Both the position numbers and the translations under genes were made by a program. Positions 49,585-62,774 of a DNA stretch of 64,000 bases are shown in pieces. Each line of letters opens with the position of its first letter. The first letter of the stretch is position 1. This stretch comes from Yuukianura sp. NJ FZ-2021. Taxonomy: Eukaryota. The notes under the pieces are model-generated. The model had not been told where the DNA came from and did no database searches. It was given only the letters and a program-made list of their open reading frames with translations. The stretch is from assembly GCA_046563655.1 (NCBI GenBank), contig CM102285.1:3844001-3908000 (forward strand), read 5' to 3'.

Positions 49585-51634
49585 TCACTGAGCAGCTTGT
49601 TGCATTCGAAGTTCAAGTTCTCGAATATGGACTGCAGCTTCAACCAAGAGGTAGAATGGATAATGGCTATTTCCCAAATTGGACGATGAGGTCAAGTCTG
49701 ACATTTTGCTGAAAGGCATTGAGGTTCCACTAACGTTGAGTCCATTTCCAGAAGTTCCTGACGTACTGTTGAGGACATTTCGGCTCATTGACGACTGGAA
49801 GTGAGACATTGAATCTCCAAAGGAAGGCACATTGATCATCATCGAGTTCTGATTTATCGGTTTGAGGACATTCGGCAAGAGTAGAAGTGACGAGAGGTGA
49901 TTGTCTTTCGGAAATCCAGTAGCAACGGCATTGGAGGAGTAAAGTGGTTCCGTTTTGATTTGAACTTCGTTTGATGGAGAGGGAACAGAGGATGGTCGAC
50001 TATTAGCGTAATCTGGACTTCCGCAGGACATGTCAACGGGAACATCTTCTGACAAAAGTGGTGGAGAGGGAAAGTTGAGAGCTTTGTGAACGTCCTGCAG
50101 AGACTTTTGGAGTTGGATTTCAATCGGTCCAAGGACTTTGGTGGGACTTGGCCCTTTAGCACTGCCGGATGAGGATCCTCCATCACTTGGACTCTCTTGA
50201 CCCGTTGGAGTAGCGGCTTTGTTTGAATAGGCTTGTAGAATTCTGCGTTTCTTGTGTTGGTATTGATACACTTCCTCACTGTCACTGCTACTCGCTTCCT
50301 CTGAAGTTGAAAATTCTCTTGATTCTGAAGATTTGTTGACCTGTCCAGAGGCGTCCTTCACCCGAAGGTGTCTCCGCCTCCGATTTGTTGTTCTTCTTGA
50401 AATTGTAAAGTGTTGTGGATCTTGTCCTTCACTTCGAATCATTTCCGGAAGAATCCGTCGTCTTGCATTAATAAACCAGTTGCAAACCTGAGTGGTTCAA
50501 AAATAGAAAAACAAACTTATTAAATTCAATTCCATCTTTCATCCCGACATTTCGAAACGCTCGTCTTTCCTTGGTTGAATCAATTCAACTCTTTCCTTAT
50601 TCCTTATTCGTGTCATGAAATCGATTTTTGATCAAAAGTGCTTCCAGGCGCTTGGTTTGAGCAAAATCAAAAATTTCAGGCGCGTGATGCCTTATAAGGT
50701 TAAGAGAAGGGAAGATGACAAGATGACGCGCTCAAGTGAAAACTGACGTGTTGAAAACCATCTTGTATACAAATTATCCGGTAACCCAATTCTCCCGGTT
50801 CGAAATTCTGACACATTTCCACCTAAACCTAAAGCAATTCCGTTATTGACTGGGCGGAAGTGAAAAAAAAAAACTCGTCTCTCTTCCCCTTCACTTCCGC
50901 ATTCGAAATGTCGGTTTTGTCTACACTTTAGAAAAAAAATCCGGACGTTTATGAACGGGCATTTTTGAACTAACCTGATTAGTTTTATGAACGGCTACTT
51001 ATGGACAGGTACCTCTACGGTTCCCTGCACTATGGTCAAAAACAATTTGGTCAAAAAGTGAGAACATCAAACACAAGAAGATCTAGCCTAACCTACTATT
51101 CGTAGCAGTTGATGTTTTCACTTTTCGATCTTTTTACTTTTTGATCAAATTATTTTTACCATTTCACCTGCTACGAGCATTTCAATAGTTAGACAACACC
51201 AGACAAAACTGGACTTGGGCTGTGTCCAAAGTGACCGTCCTTGGTCGTATACCGGTCCATAAATAACCGTTTATAAATGTCTCGTTACGCTTTTAAACCC
51301 GAACATTACTCTTGACATCGTAAGCAACAGGGTAAATATACCTGAAGAAGCGAAAGTTGTGCCTGTTTTGACAGTTCCACCTTCTCACTTTCACTAGGGT
51401 AGGCGTTGTAGCGATGTTCATAGAGCCACTGCGTGAGGAGCGTGACGGCTTGTTTTGGCAGCGTGCCGCGCTTCTTGCGTTCCAACGGCTCCTTCCCATT
51501 CGTGGGACTCTTGGGAGACATATTAGGCAGACTCTTGTCGGATCCATCTTCCTGTAGGATCATATCCACATCCGACCCGTACGACATGTCATCTCCAGTT
51601 CCCGTCGTACTCGTCGACGAGTATCGATGACGAA
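49585..51634 (-). CDS. TGIF: TGIF-type TALE homeobox transcription factor (achintya/vismay-like)
   Basis: Exons 51634-51342 and 50487-49585 encode [70 protein letters not shown], with the AYP three-residue loop and WFIN helix 3. The C-terminus includes [10 protein letters not shown] candidate first coding exon lies at 56279-56270. Confidence 0.95.
50944..51288. mobile_element. Degenerate foldback/MITE-like insert in a TGIF intron
   Basis: Outer inverted arms are tttatgaacggctacttatggacaggta and taccggtccataaataaccgtttataaa. Inner arms are tggtcaaaaa..gtgagaacatcaa and ttgatgttttcac..tttttgatca. No clear TSD. Confidence 0.45.
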
Positions 51635-54600
51635 CTGCAACAACAAAACAAAGAAGCTCTTTTAGTGCAAACCGCAAACCTTTATCAATTAACCAACTTC
51701 CCCAACACAATCATCTCCAACAGTTTTCTTTTAAAAATTTACAAGCATTGAGCACCACCGCTAACACGCAGTTACCCCATTGAATGAAAACCTCCATCCC
51801 ATCTCTGCCATTATATTTTGACAATGTTCGACAGGATAAGCCCCACTTTCCAGTTTCCCACAGTCCGCAATGTTTATTAATCTACTTTGAAGAGGTCGTC
51901 GAATGACAGATTACGAGAGGGGACACTTATGTTTAAGAAGGCTTTGCTCTCCAAGATACTCAAAAAGTGTTTAGCCCCATTTCTCCGTGCCATGTCCATG
52001 TCATGGATGAGACAGATAAGTCGTTAGTTCGTTAGCAACAGGAATTGAACTGACGTTTCCAGCCACTACAACAACCTAACGAACGCTTTCTAAACACTCT
52101 TGCACCCTACTGTAAACATTACCTCCACCACAAATGTCGTTCAACTCTAGACAAGTCAAAGTAAATAACACAATCTGGCTACAGAACAAGCACCTTAATC
52201 AATCCAGTTCTTGCATTGCAGTCAACTAAAATGACAAAATTTGAACTTAACTATAGGTCTGGTTAACTATACAATCTTCCTGTCCCGTCAATCCGTCAAC
52301 CATACCGGAGAAAGCATAACATGTTACGACATTCACCTAATGTAAATTGCCCAAACTGTAGACTTCCGACTCCTCCCTCTCTTTCATAAGTAATCACTCA
52401 GCATAACAACACTAATCAACTGTCTGAATCTTCCAAGCAATCGTTTCGTTTAACCTAATTGAATTCCATGTCTACAAAATATTGGCTAAAAATGTTAAAA
52501 AAAATTAGGCATCTAAAATGTAACAATTCCACTTGACATTTCCAAATTAAAACACGCGTAACACTAAAATCATTACGTAACCCGAATCGAACTTTGGACA
52601 CAAAAAAAAAATTCTTGAACCGCGTTTGCCCTTGTACAAGTTTAGTGTTGCGAAAACGTTGGCTAAAACTGTAAACAACTCAAGATTAGAGTAAAAAGTA
52701 AAATTCCCCAAAGAATTTTTTTTACAATTATTTCCAAAAGCCAAAAAAATTTGACATATCTAAGGATGCGGCTTCGCTTGCGAATGCGATGCTGAAGTTG
52801 TGCAAATGTTGCCAAGCCCAAGACGCGCTAATTCACCATCTTCCTCCGCACATGAAAATAAATAAGGTCCCCGTGTCAAAGAGAGTGTCATCACGAATTG
52901 AAACTATTTCCAAACGCAACATCTTTCTGCTGCTTTTCCTGCTATCTTGGTGCCCTGCCTCTAGCTGCTATCTCAACTTAAAAAGTTAAGTGTGTTGGCG
53001 TTGAGTATATGCGAAGATTAGGCCATTATTACGCAAATATGTCTCTGAGAGTTGAACCGAATCCAAAGTATGGTTCAAAATAAGACGAGACTAGAAGAGA
53101 CCTCGAAAGAGAAGATTACAATTTTGGAAGATCAGAATCCAGGACCGCCAGAAACAGCAGAAAGAACACAATGAGCCAAATGCAAAAGCAGAACAGTCAA
53201 AACCGCCTCGTACTCCACATTTCCTACACTGTGAGCATTTTTCAACCTCATCTTCATACCTCTTACTATGAGTCTCATAGATTACTTTGTTTCAAAATGT
53301 CATTTAGATGGATAAATTATGATAATCCCACTCACTTTGGCCTAACCAACTTTCAACAATACCTTATTTGCAATTCGCCTAAAACTATACAATAGTCTCC
53401 CACTTTAACACATCTCCAGCAGTTCCTTATTGCGCATACGCCTACCTACCATGTAGTACTGAGCTGGAATTAATTAAATAGGATCCACCAGAACGAGAAT
53501 AACCAGGTAACCTTCCCAATCATGGCAGAAATTAACTCATGGAATCGTTTCACAAGGTCACCTCAATACTTATTTCCTTGTCCCATACACCAGACTAAAC
53601 TAAATACTAGAAAACTTAAGTTTTTTTTTTGGCAACTCAAGGTAATTGTACAGAAAAATAACAATAAGTTATGCTTTTGCTATGTATTATTCAAACTCAC
53701 ACTTTTTACACAATCATATTCACAAGCACATTACCAACATGAGAATTCATTCACGTTTTTGCCAACTGTCAAGACTTAAAAGTTAACGATATATTGCGCG
53801 TGGGAGGATTCAAAAGACATTTTTACTTCCTCAACCTAACAAATCAACATAGTCACATAGGCAGTATACATTTGGAGGCAAAAACTTTGAGCTGTCAAAA
53901 ACTTTTTAAAACTTTTTCAAGTTATGCATAGACCTTGGTGGTTAAGTCCCACCATTGTCAAACAGAGTTAGTATGCCACCTTGCTTCAACCAAGATGCAA
54001 CAATTACATACTACATATTCACATCCACTTGCTAAAACATTACTTAAAACTCTCGTCCTCCAACATCGCTAACTAACTTTCAAGTTGCAAGTTAGTTAGT
54101 ACTTGGAAGTTCGACTTATCTTTAAGATCTAAGGAAACACTACACATAACTTTTTAGTTTCAGGAATAGCAAATAAAGAAGCAGCAGAAAATTTAAATTT
54201 GACCTCCACGCTATGTTGCCTTTCTTAATTTGACAACGCGCGTAAGACTCAAATTCAGGAAGCGTGTCTGAATTTCGTCCAGAACCATGTCCAAACAGAA
54301 CCTTGGTTTTAATTACGTCCTAAATCATACCACAGGAAGAGCTGTAAGCTGGATTTCAAAAGTCATATAAGTAATAATAACAACGCTTCTGCATTTACAG
54401 AAGTATTGTACAGAAGTTTGTATTGTTGAATTCGCGCCACTTCAGTGCGTAATGTACAAAAAATTTACATTACTCACGCCAAAATCAACTAAAAAATCTC
54501 ACTCAAATCACAGTCCGAAAGACTTAAACTTTGAAAACCTCCAAATTTCTCTCATCCTAAAGACATTTTGTCCTTGGCTTGTCCTTGGTCGCAAAATAAA

Positions 54601-56269
54601 GCCAAATTGGGTTACATAACTAACATAATCCATTTGAATCTCAACCAACCCTATTACCTTACATTAGGTTAATTACGGCTATACTTACTGCCGACATAAG
54701 CAGTTGATGCAGAGAACTTCAAGTACTATACCAAACAGATAGTTAATATACAACTTGCAAACCAAAACGTCTCGAAAAAGCCCAACATTTATAAAATTGT
54801 AAGTTTTTTTCTGTTTTCTTTTTTCACACTTGCTTTTCCTTCCAGCAACCTCTAAATTGTATAGCAAATTTACTCGTCTAATTATGATTATTAGGGCAAT
54901 TAGTATGCGTGGAAGGTGTTCCAACCACTCTATTGTTCTGGTTCAACAAGTACCACTTTATACGCCATTGTTGTAAGTTCCACCAGCATCATCAGATGCT
55001 GGAACCCTCATTAGCATTATTATGCGCCACAAGTTTCTTCCTAGTAGCACAGTTCCAGTTTTCATTAGGCCTATTCAATTTCCCAGCATCTTTGTTTACA
55101 TTTTTGCTGCAGCCTCTCAGGGTCAGCACAAATTCAGCCAGCAAAGTGGCACGATTAAGAACGTCGAGACAGGAAAACATGAAATTTCGTGATGAAAACA
55201 AGATCAAATTTGTCAGCTTTTTCTCATGGTGCCTTTAGGTATAGCCTCATACCTAACTATTAAGTGCCATTGAAACGCCTACGGAATGAGGTCAACTTCC
55301 ACGTGACCCTGACACTGGCATTGCAACTGACAGACAATGACATTGACAGTTGAAGTCCTTTTCCTCATAACCTTTTCGTACAAAATGACATTTATAATAT
55401 ACTTTTGAGTGACTTTTCGAAAAAAATGTCCTTCCTATTCCTGTCTTCCGCTTCAATTACCTATGACTAATCCTAACAATAGCCTATTTGATTGTAGAAA
55501 CAAAACAAAACACTTCGTATTTCAAAATTTACATTTTACGTTGAAACAGAATTGTATTTTAATTCTAAAACTGTCAGAAACAAAAGAAAAAATCGGTTTG
55601 CAGCTGCTGCAGCTTAAAACCCTAAAAATATTCTGGCAAAGTTTTTATAAAAATTGAATTCTGTTGCACTCGGTTTAATAATAGAAAAAAAAACAATACA
55701 AAGGCGACGGACGCCTTAAAAGTCGTTGAAGGGGTCCTAGACCCCTTCGCCGTATTAATTTTGAGCCTACCAGATGAACAGAGCCCTTTGTTTTTACTAC
55801 TGAAGGGCTCATTTAGCCCAAAAATAATAACAAACGACCTCTCTCAAAAAGGAGAGGAAAAGAGAACTGAAAAAGAGAGAAAAAGCAAGCGGGTTCTTCA
55901 AACTTCAGAAACGAATTACAAAAAGAAACGCCAAGAAGCCAAATATTTATTCTAAGGCTAACATTTTTGTATCGTCTTACAGAACCTAAACTATGAAAAA
56001 AATATTAACAATTTAAAACTTATGAAAATTGTTCTAAAACGAAACAAAAAATTACTGGATTTGGAGATTTGCTCACTCAACCAAAACTGTGATCTCGTTC
56101 TACAATCTTCAAAATTCACGTAAGAGCAGGCGCCGAAAATTGAATTTAATATTTAGATATTTAGCATTTCCCTTTACCATGTTCAGTTGAATATCACAAA
56201 ACCAAATAAAAAAATGTGCAATAAATCAAATGCCTTGCTTAAAAAGTATCAAAAAAAAATTGTTCGTAC

Positions 56270-56279
56270 CTGTTAGCAT
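56270..56279 (-). CDS. Candidate first coding mini-exon of the TGIF gene (ATG CTA ACA G)
   Basis: It ends in the donor AG|GTAC in phase 1, matching the phase-1 acceptor at 51634 and giving MLTVRHRYSS. Not verifiable without transcripts. Confidence 0.35.
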
Positions 56280-57486
56280 TCTGTAGAATTTCTAGCAAGT
56301 TTAGGCCGTTTTTTTGCAGCAAAGTTATTTGGTATGACAAACCACTAGCATTAGCAATTTAAAAACTTTGATGATTTCGAATCACTACCAAAGTACGCAC
56401 AATTTTTAACAATTTGACAGTTGTATGAAAAACGTCAAAAATGACGTTTCAGTTATTGACACAGACGCTTCCCAAAAAAATCAAAACCTCCTACTCCAAT
56501 TGTCTCTAAACACAAACTAAAACACAAAAACACTTTCAACACACAAAAAAAGTCTGTAGTAGTTGTAAACAGTGGTATCCGTCCACCACACCATCACCAC
56601 AATAATTGACACATTGAGCCCATAGTTTGAAGTAGCTTATACCTCCGACATAGTCCTAGTGCTAATTATTTTTAGAAATAAGACCAATCAAGAATTGACC
56701 AAGTGCTCATCCTGCATGGAATCGTTGGAAGCCATTGGCCTTCGACTTCCATTTAGTAGAGACGCAAAAGTCAAGTTGATAGATCAACAAAGTGAAATTT
56801 AGTATGGACAAATTCAGTAGTATAGCTTTGGTTAATGGCCGTCAAAAAATGGACGTTGTTTGATAGGAACCAAAAACCACAAGACAATTTAATGTCAATA
56901 AGCAAACCTCTCCCTACTAAATTCTTGCGGCCTCCACTGGCAATCACAATTTGCGACACAATTATTGACAATTGATAACTCCTAGTGACAGGGTGTTAAT
57001 TTTTTTTACGTTAGTAATTTTTTAACAAGGACTACTTCATTACTTTTTATGCTCTCAATTTATCAGTTACACATAAACATCATTGTCTTGCTCAAAACCA
57101 CGAAATCCTTGAGCTTGGCTCAACAAAATCTAATAACAAAAAATAAATCCCAGCAGCATCCTTGAAAGTGTCTGGATGCTTCTGAATTATATATTATTAT
57201 TATAATTATTATATGCTTAAAATTGAATTCAAGATCCAAACCATAACGCCAACGCCATCATCTTCTCTTTTTGCACAATCCACACCCAATGCCATCCACT
57301 AAATTGTAGTTGACCAACCCTAAAACGTCTTCTCTGGAGTCGCATTAGGACGGAACAGATTTTGGCACAGACACTTTTACATGTTTCAGCAGGCAAATGA
57401 CCTTGACTTAGTAGCCTCTTGGCATTATTACTGCGATTTCATCACAGGACGAGGAAGCACAGAGAGCTTTTTACTAGTATGCGAAT

Positions 57487-58359
57487 CAGAGGTGGTAGCC
57501 TGCAGGTAAACCTGCGCAGGTTGCAGGCCAACCTGCAGCACGTGCAGGCGGGCTCAACCTGCGGTGGATTTTTGCAGGCTACAGGCGTGCAGGTTTTTAT
57601 TTGGAAATGTTGCAGGCGAGCGGGTTCAGCCTGCAATGCTCTGCAGGCGCCTGCAATCCTCTGCAGGCGCCTGCAGTTGGCATGCAGGCTGCGGGTTGTG
57701 ATTTTTTGAGAGTTTTATTCTCAGAAATTTCAAGAAAAGATAGAAACGAATAGAAAAATTACTTCGGAATGTTGAAGAATTAAAGTCAATGGAACTAATG
57801 CAAACTTTTTGCTGCACATTAGTTGCACTATAGGGCTTTTAAACAATAAATAATGATTCCGGAGGCAGAAGAAATATGGTTAAGTAAAGTTGGCGTTACA
57901 CTTACACGTGTAGACAACACAAAATTTGACAGTATAACTTTTGCGGATTTTTTTTATGTGCAAGGATCATGAATTTTTAAAAATTAAACAAACCAAAAGT
58001 AAGGTAGCAGTGTCGCAAACAATTTATTACTAGGAATTTTTCTCCCTACGTGTTTGGAAAGGACAACCGACAGATAATCGAGGGTGATTGAGTAATTGCC
58101 ATTATACGCAAACGAATTTACGCAGTAGTTGTAAGTGTATATTAAAATTTTCGCAGATTACAGTTCGTATAAAAAAAATTGCAGGCTAACTGCAGGCAGC
58201 CTGCGCAGGCTGCAGGCTGGCCTGCCAAAGAGCCTTGCAGGTGCAGGCGTGCAGGCTGCCGATTTTCGATAATTTTGCAGGCTGCAGGCGTGCAGGCTAA
58301 AAATTCCTGCAGTGCAGGCGGGGCAGGTTGGGGAAAATAGTTGCAGGCTACCACCTCTG
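57487..58359. mobile_element. Non-autonomous hAT-type element (873 bp)
   Basis: It has a perfect 18-bp TIR, CAGAGGTGGTAGCCTGCA. The 8-bp TSD ATGCGAAT lies at 57479-57486 and 58360-58367. Dense subterminal TGCAGG/CCTGCA arrays flank an AT-rich core. Confidence 0.92.
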
Positions 58360-61300
58360 ATGCGAATTCGCACAGACAATAAACAAAAGCGTGTAGTGGA
58401 CCAGTCAGCAAATCCTCACGGCCACTCTCACTCTTATCGTAATTTGCAAAATTACAACTGCTGACAAATCACATCAAATTCAAACTCGTTTTTAAGTTCA
58501 CCTCGTGCCGAGCGTACCAGGACACTTTTGAACGCTGATTTATGCATCAGTACGAGTACAGGCAAAAACGTTCGTTCACTCCGGCGCTCGTTTTACACTT
58601 ACAGTATCATTATGAACGGACATTCCTGCGTGCTACCTACGCATGCGCCAAATACTTTCGGACGGTGGATCATGGATCTCATTTTTCTGCACGGCGTCAC
58701 TTTTACAACTAACTACCGTAAATTTCCAAATAACACCCGTTCCAAAATAACACTCCATCTACCTAGTTAGTAGTCCTCCCCGATAACTAGACTCTAAAGC
58801 ATTAGTAACACGGGGCTACTATTTATAAATCTTCGGTATCTCACGCGATAAAAAAATTTATCCAACACTATTGAGAAATTTAAGAGATAGGACGCGCGTT
58901 ATACGCAATGAAATACGTTAGTTCATAAGACTGGGAGACATTTAAGATGCCGGAACGCTCAACATACTTGAAGCGGTACTCGAGTTTCCGTTCATAAGTG
59001 TCCGATACCCGTGTGTAGAAGCCTTGTTAGCCTTTCGCACATCAATCCGCACCATTGTTAAGTTTACTTTTCTGTCAAAGTCAAATTTCCCTCTTCACGC
59101 ACTTGAATCCTCGTGGTTTTGGTTAGCCTGTTGTGCCCAATGCCACACCCATAATCCCATATCATAACACTGTCAATGTCTTTCTGGTTCAAATCAATGA
59201 TCTCAACAGGCAAAACAGATGGCAATGGGAAATAAGCCTGCGACAATGCCAAACACACCAATGCCACTGTCAATCTCTGAGCTCAATTGAAATTTTTTAC
59301 TTCCAAATTCATACTTTCTGGCAACTTTCAAACATTTTTTGGCAAAAGACAATAGAATTGTGCTGGTGAATGGAATATAATGACATTTTGGCCTCCAGCA
59401 CTCTCAGCTCACTACGGAAATAGATACACCCAAGATCCAAATCTTAGTAATACTCAACAGTACTGCAACATTGTAAGCATCTAAAAATCTAAAAAGGACC
59501 CGTTTTGGCTGTATTCCAGTTGTTTAGACTAAAAATCCTCCTTAACATTCTTCCACGTTAAAAAGAAGTGCTAATTGACGAAATAGGAAAATCTACACAA
59601 AAGATTTTTAGTCAAGGAGAAACGAGTCGAATAATGCTAAAAGCTGAGTGCAGGATTTGATCTCATCCCCATAAATTTCTTTGCTTACAAAACCTTCAAA
59701 AAAAACTCTAAAAATACCATTTATATAAAAATTCTCCTAAAAATGTCATTTTCTCATCCAAAAGGAATTTCCTTTCCAAAGAACTTGTCCAACTCTCCAA
59801 AAATTCAATTTCACCAATTTGTCAAGAAATCCTGAAAAAAATCTCACTATACTTAAAAATAGAACGGAATCTGAAATTCCTGTCTCATGAACCTACGAGC
59901 AACGGATGCGAATCTTATGCAAAAATCCGCCTCCTGTGCCAAATGCCTGTCTGGAAGATTTAACTCAATACTTCCGCACGAGGAAGTTGAGCTTTTCGTC
60001 CTGTGCCATGTTTACCATTTCTGGAAACTCATAGTAAAAGCACTACATAACATAGTACACGTACCACACAGTAGACTTGTACTTACATAAAAATGTTAAA
60101 AATTGCGTAACTGAGCCATTTAAAAAAGACGTTTTCCTTTAGCCCACTCCCTTTTTCTCGATATACATAGCACAACATAGTTTTGTTGCAGCGTACAGTA
60201 CAGTAGCGTCCCTGTAGTCAAGTTGAATGATAAAAAGCCATAAAATAAAGTTGATCTGTCAAAACCAGTTCTCAGCTTGCCTTGATAACCCTGGAAGAAT
60301 GTCAACTCTCAATTTTTATAAATTTCTTAATTTAAGTTATATATACCATAAATATTGCTCTCAAATGTAGTAATATAAATGGGCAAAGTCAAAAGTCACT
60401 TGACTTTTAACGTAAACCATCAGCATCATAGCTCCACGAGGAAGAAGATACAGCATCCCTAAGGATCACACAAATTAAATGCGTCGCTTCTTCTCATCCT
60501 ACACCTCTTGCGTTTTTGCAAATGTAGGCCAGGGTCTTTCATTTATGACAAAAAATGTAAGTGGTTGGGCTGTTCTTCACTCTTTGGGTGGGAAATAAAA
60601 AGTGACAAGATGAAGTTATGTCAACAACACTCAAAAGCTTCAGGGATCACATTCTGTCCACAAAACTTGACATTTTAAGGCTACGCCTGTGTGCCCTCCT
60701 ACTTCATATCAAAAGTCTCTGCACAATCTTCCCGCTTGCTTACTTGCAACAATTCCCACAATAAATTTACATTCATTCAAACGGATACAAAAAAAAGTCT
60801 TCGTACGGAAAAAAAAATTAAGATAAAAAGCAAGAAATTTCTTTGCCAATCACTAACGAAGTTAAACTCTCAGCTAAAAAAAACAGGTTTTAACAATTCG
60901 CATTGAATTTGCTATCTCCAAAAAACTCCAAATTCGTGCAAGGTTACAAAAAAAAATCCGGCAAAAACAGAATCGAAATTTAATTCGCATGCCCATTCGC
61001 TAAACCTACAGACACGCCTGTTTAAAAATTAAATTTAGAACTTAACATGTTAAGAACGTTAACTTTTTGTGCCTTCCTTAACGTCGAAAGTTTTGGTATT
61101 AACTTAGGTACCAGTAAAGGTTAGTTAATGTTATTCTCAGAATTCACTCACGTTTCAACCATTCATCGTTTCCAAAACCACAAGTTTTTAAATTTTAAAA
61201 CCAGAAACGTATTTGAAATACGTTTATATAGTGTCAAGTGTACCCGCCGTTTCGTACAATTGGTAATGAGACAATTGTCATTCCACTCACTACTTTCAAT

Positions 61301-62583
61301 ACCCAGACTTAAACCCTTCATCGTAGCAATAATTTTCAAAAAATCTTTTTGAACTTTTTTTTTTTTTTCAAAAAAAAAAATGAAATAAAAATATGTTCTC
61401 ATGATACAGGAGGGAGGAGGACAGAGAAACACATGTTGGTCTGGTTCCAACCATAAACTTTTGACGGGTTTTATTTCATTTCTATTCCCAAAAGAAGCAC
61501 CAGTTAAGATGACATCTTTTCAAAAAAAAATCTTTCAAAAAAATATTCTCTCCCACGATCACGTTAACCCCTACACTTTTCGAAATTTAAAATTCAAGTG
61601 CACATAGTAGGTTCCCCTCTACTACTGCAACATTTCGGCGGTCACTCTCCTTCCCTGACACTCTCAAATTTCTCAAATGCAAGTGCTCACAGGATGCAAC
61701 AAAAAGAAACGTCTTCGTGTCAAATGCAATTTGAAATTACAAAAACCAAAAACGAAAAAAAGACATTTCGTCAAAGTGTTACGGCGCCCGTGTTAGAACG
61801 TCTGCTCTAAAAATATCTTGTCCAAGCCTCATTTAAATTTCTGACGACTCGAAATTATTTCAATTTCAGTTTTCATTTTCATAATAATCCCATTGTTCAA
61901 AATACAAAACCCAGTCGCCTCGTACAGTACGGTGCTAAAAACTTATTATACAGACACAAAAGACTTCAAACCAGCATATCTACAGCGTTATTAGAACCTG
62001 CCAAATCCAAGTCAGGGTGTCATTGACAAACCTATTCTAAAACCTCAGAAATTATCATTTTGGGATGAGGTAATTCTCGTTTTACAAGTGGTTCAGATGA
62101 CTTTTAGTCCTTAGGAGAGAGTGTAAAGTGTAACTGTAAACCACTGGGAATTGTAACTAGAGTCCCCCATGGGGATGGCAAAAAGATGTGACACAATATG
62201 CTTCGTATTATTCGTCTGTGTAATCAGAGAGACTCAAGTAGCGGAGGGGGAGAATGATGGGGCTAAGGACTTTGTTTAAGTTTTTAAGCGATGATGAAGA
62301 GCATGATGATGAAAGTGAAACCTTAAAATGTCAACTTACACTTTTGTATTTGCTACAATTTGTACTGCGCAAGTATTACTGCCTAAGTATGTTTCTCCAC
62401 TTGACATTAGACAGATATCCGAAAACACTTGAATCCAGTACCGTGAATTTTTTTTTTACTTCTAGTAATTTCTGATTTTTTTTTTTTTTTATAATTTTAG
62501 TAATTTTGTAACCTTTGCAATTCTAAAAGTTTTGTAATTTTCTAAAAACTAGACCTATTGTTTGAAATACTTGTAGTCATATG

Positions 62584-62774
62584 CAGGGTAGTCAAAAATA
62601 TGTGCTACAACCTCCGAAATATTGGCAAAAAAATATTTTTTTTAAATTGCCCAAATATTTACAAATTTTTGGGCAACAATATTTGTGCAAATATATAAAT
62701 ATTTATTATTAGAAAAAGGGAAATATTTTCATTAACATTACAGGCATGGAGAGTAAATATTTTTGACATCCCTC
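62584..62774. mobile_element. Older degenerate hAT-like MITE (~190 bp)
   Basis: The TIRs are imperfect: CAGGGTAGTCAAAAATAT and ATATTTTTGACATCCCTC. The flanks GTCATATG and ATCATATT match at 6/8 positions. There are internal AAATATT repeats. Confidence 0.55.

Noticed and set aside
57419-58411. ORFs rich in C/R/L/Q/A, and a possible CRISPR-like repeat array
   Set aside because: They arise from TGCAGG subterminal repeats of a MITE. There is no repeat-spacer periodicity, no cas genes and the context is eukaryotic.
52500-62500. Many 60-110 aa ORFs
   Set aside because: They are AT-rich and low-complexity, without domains or splice-consistent partners. Treated as intronic or intergenic.
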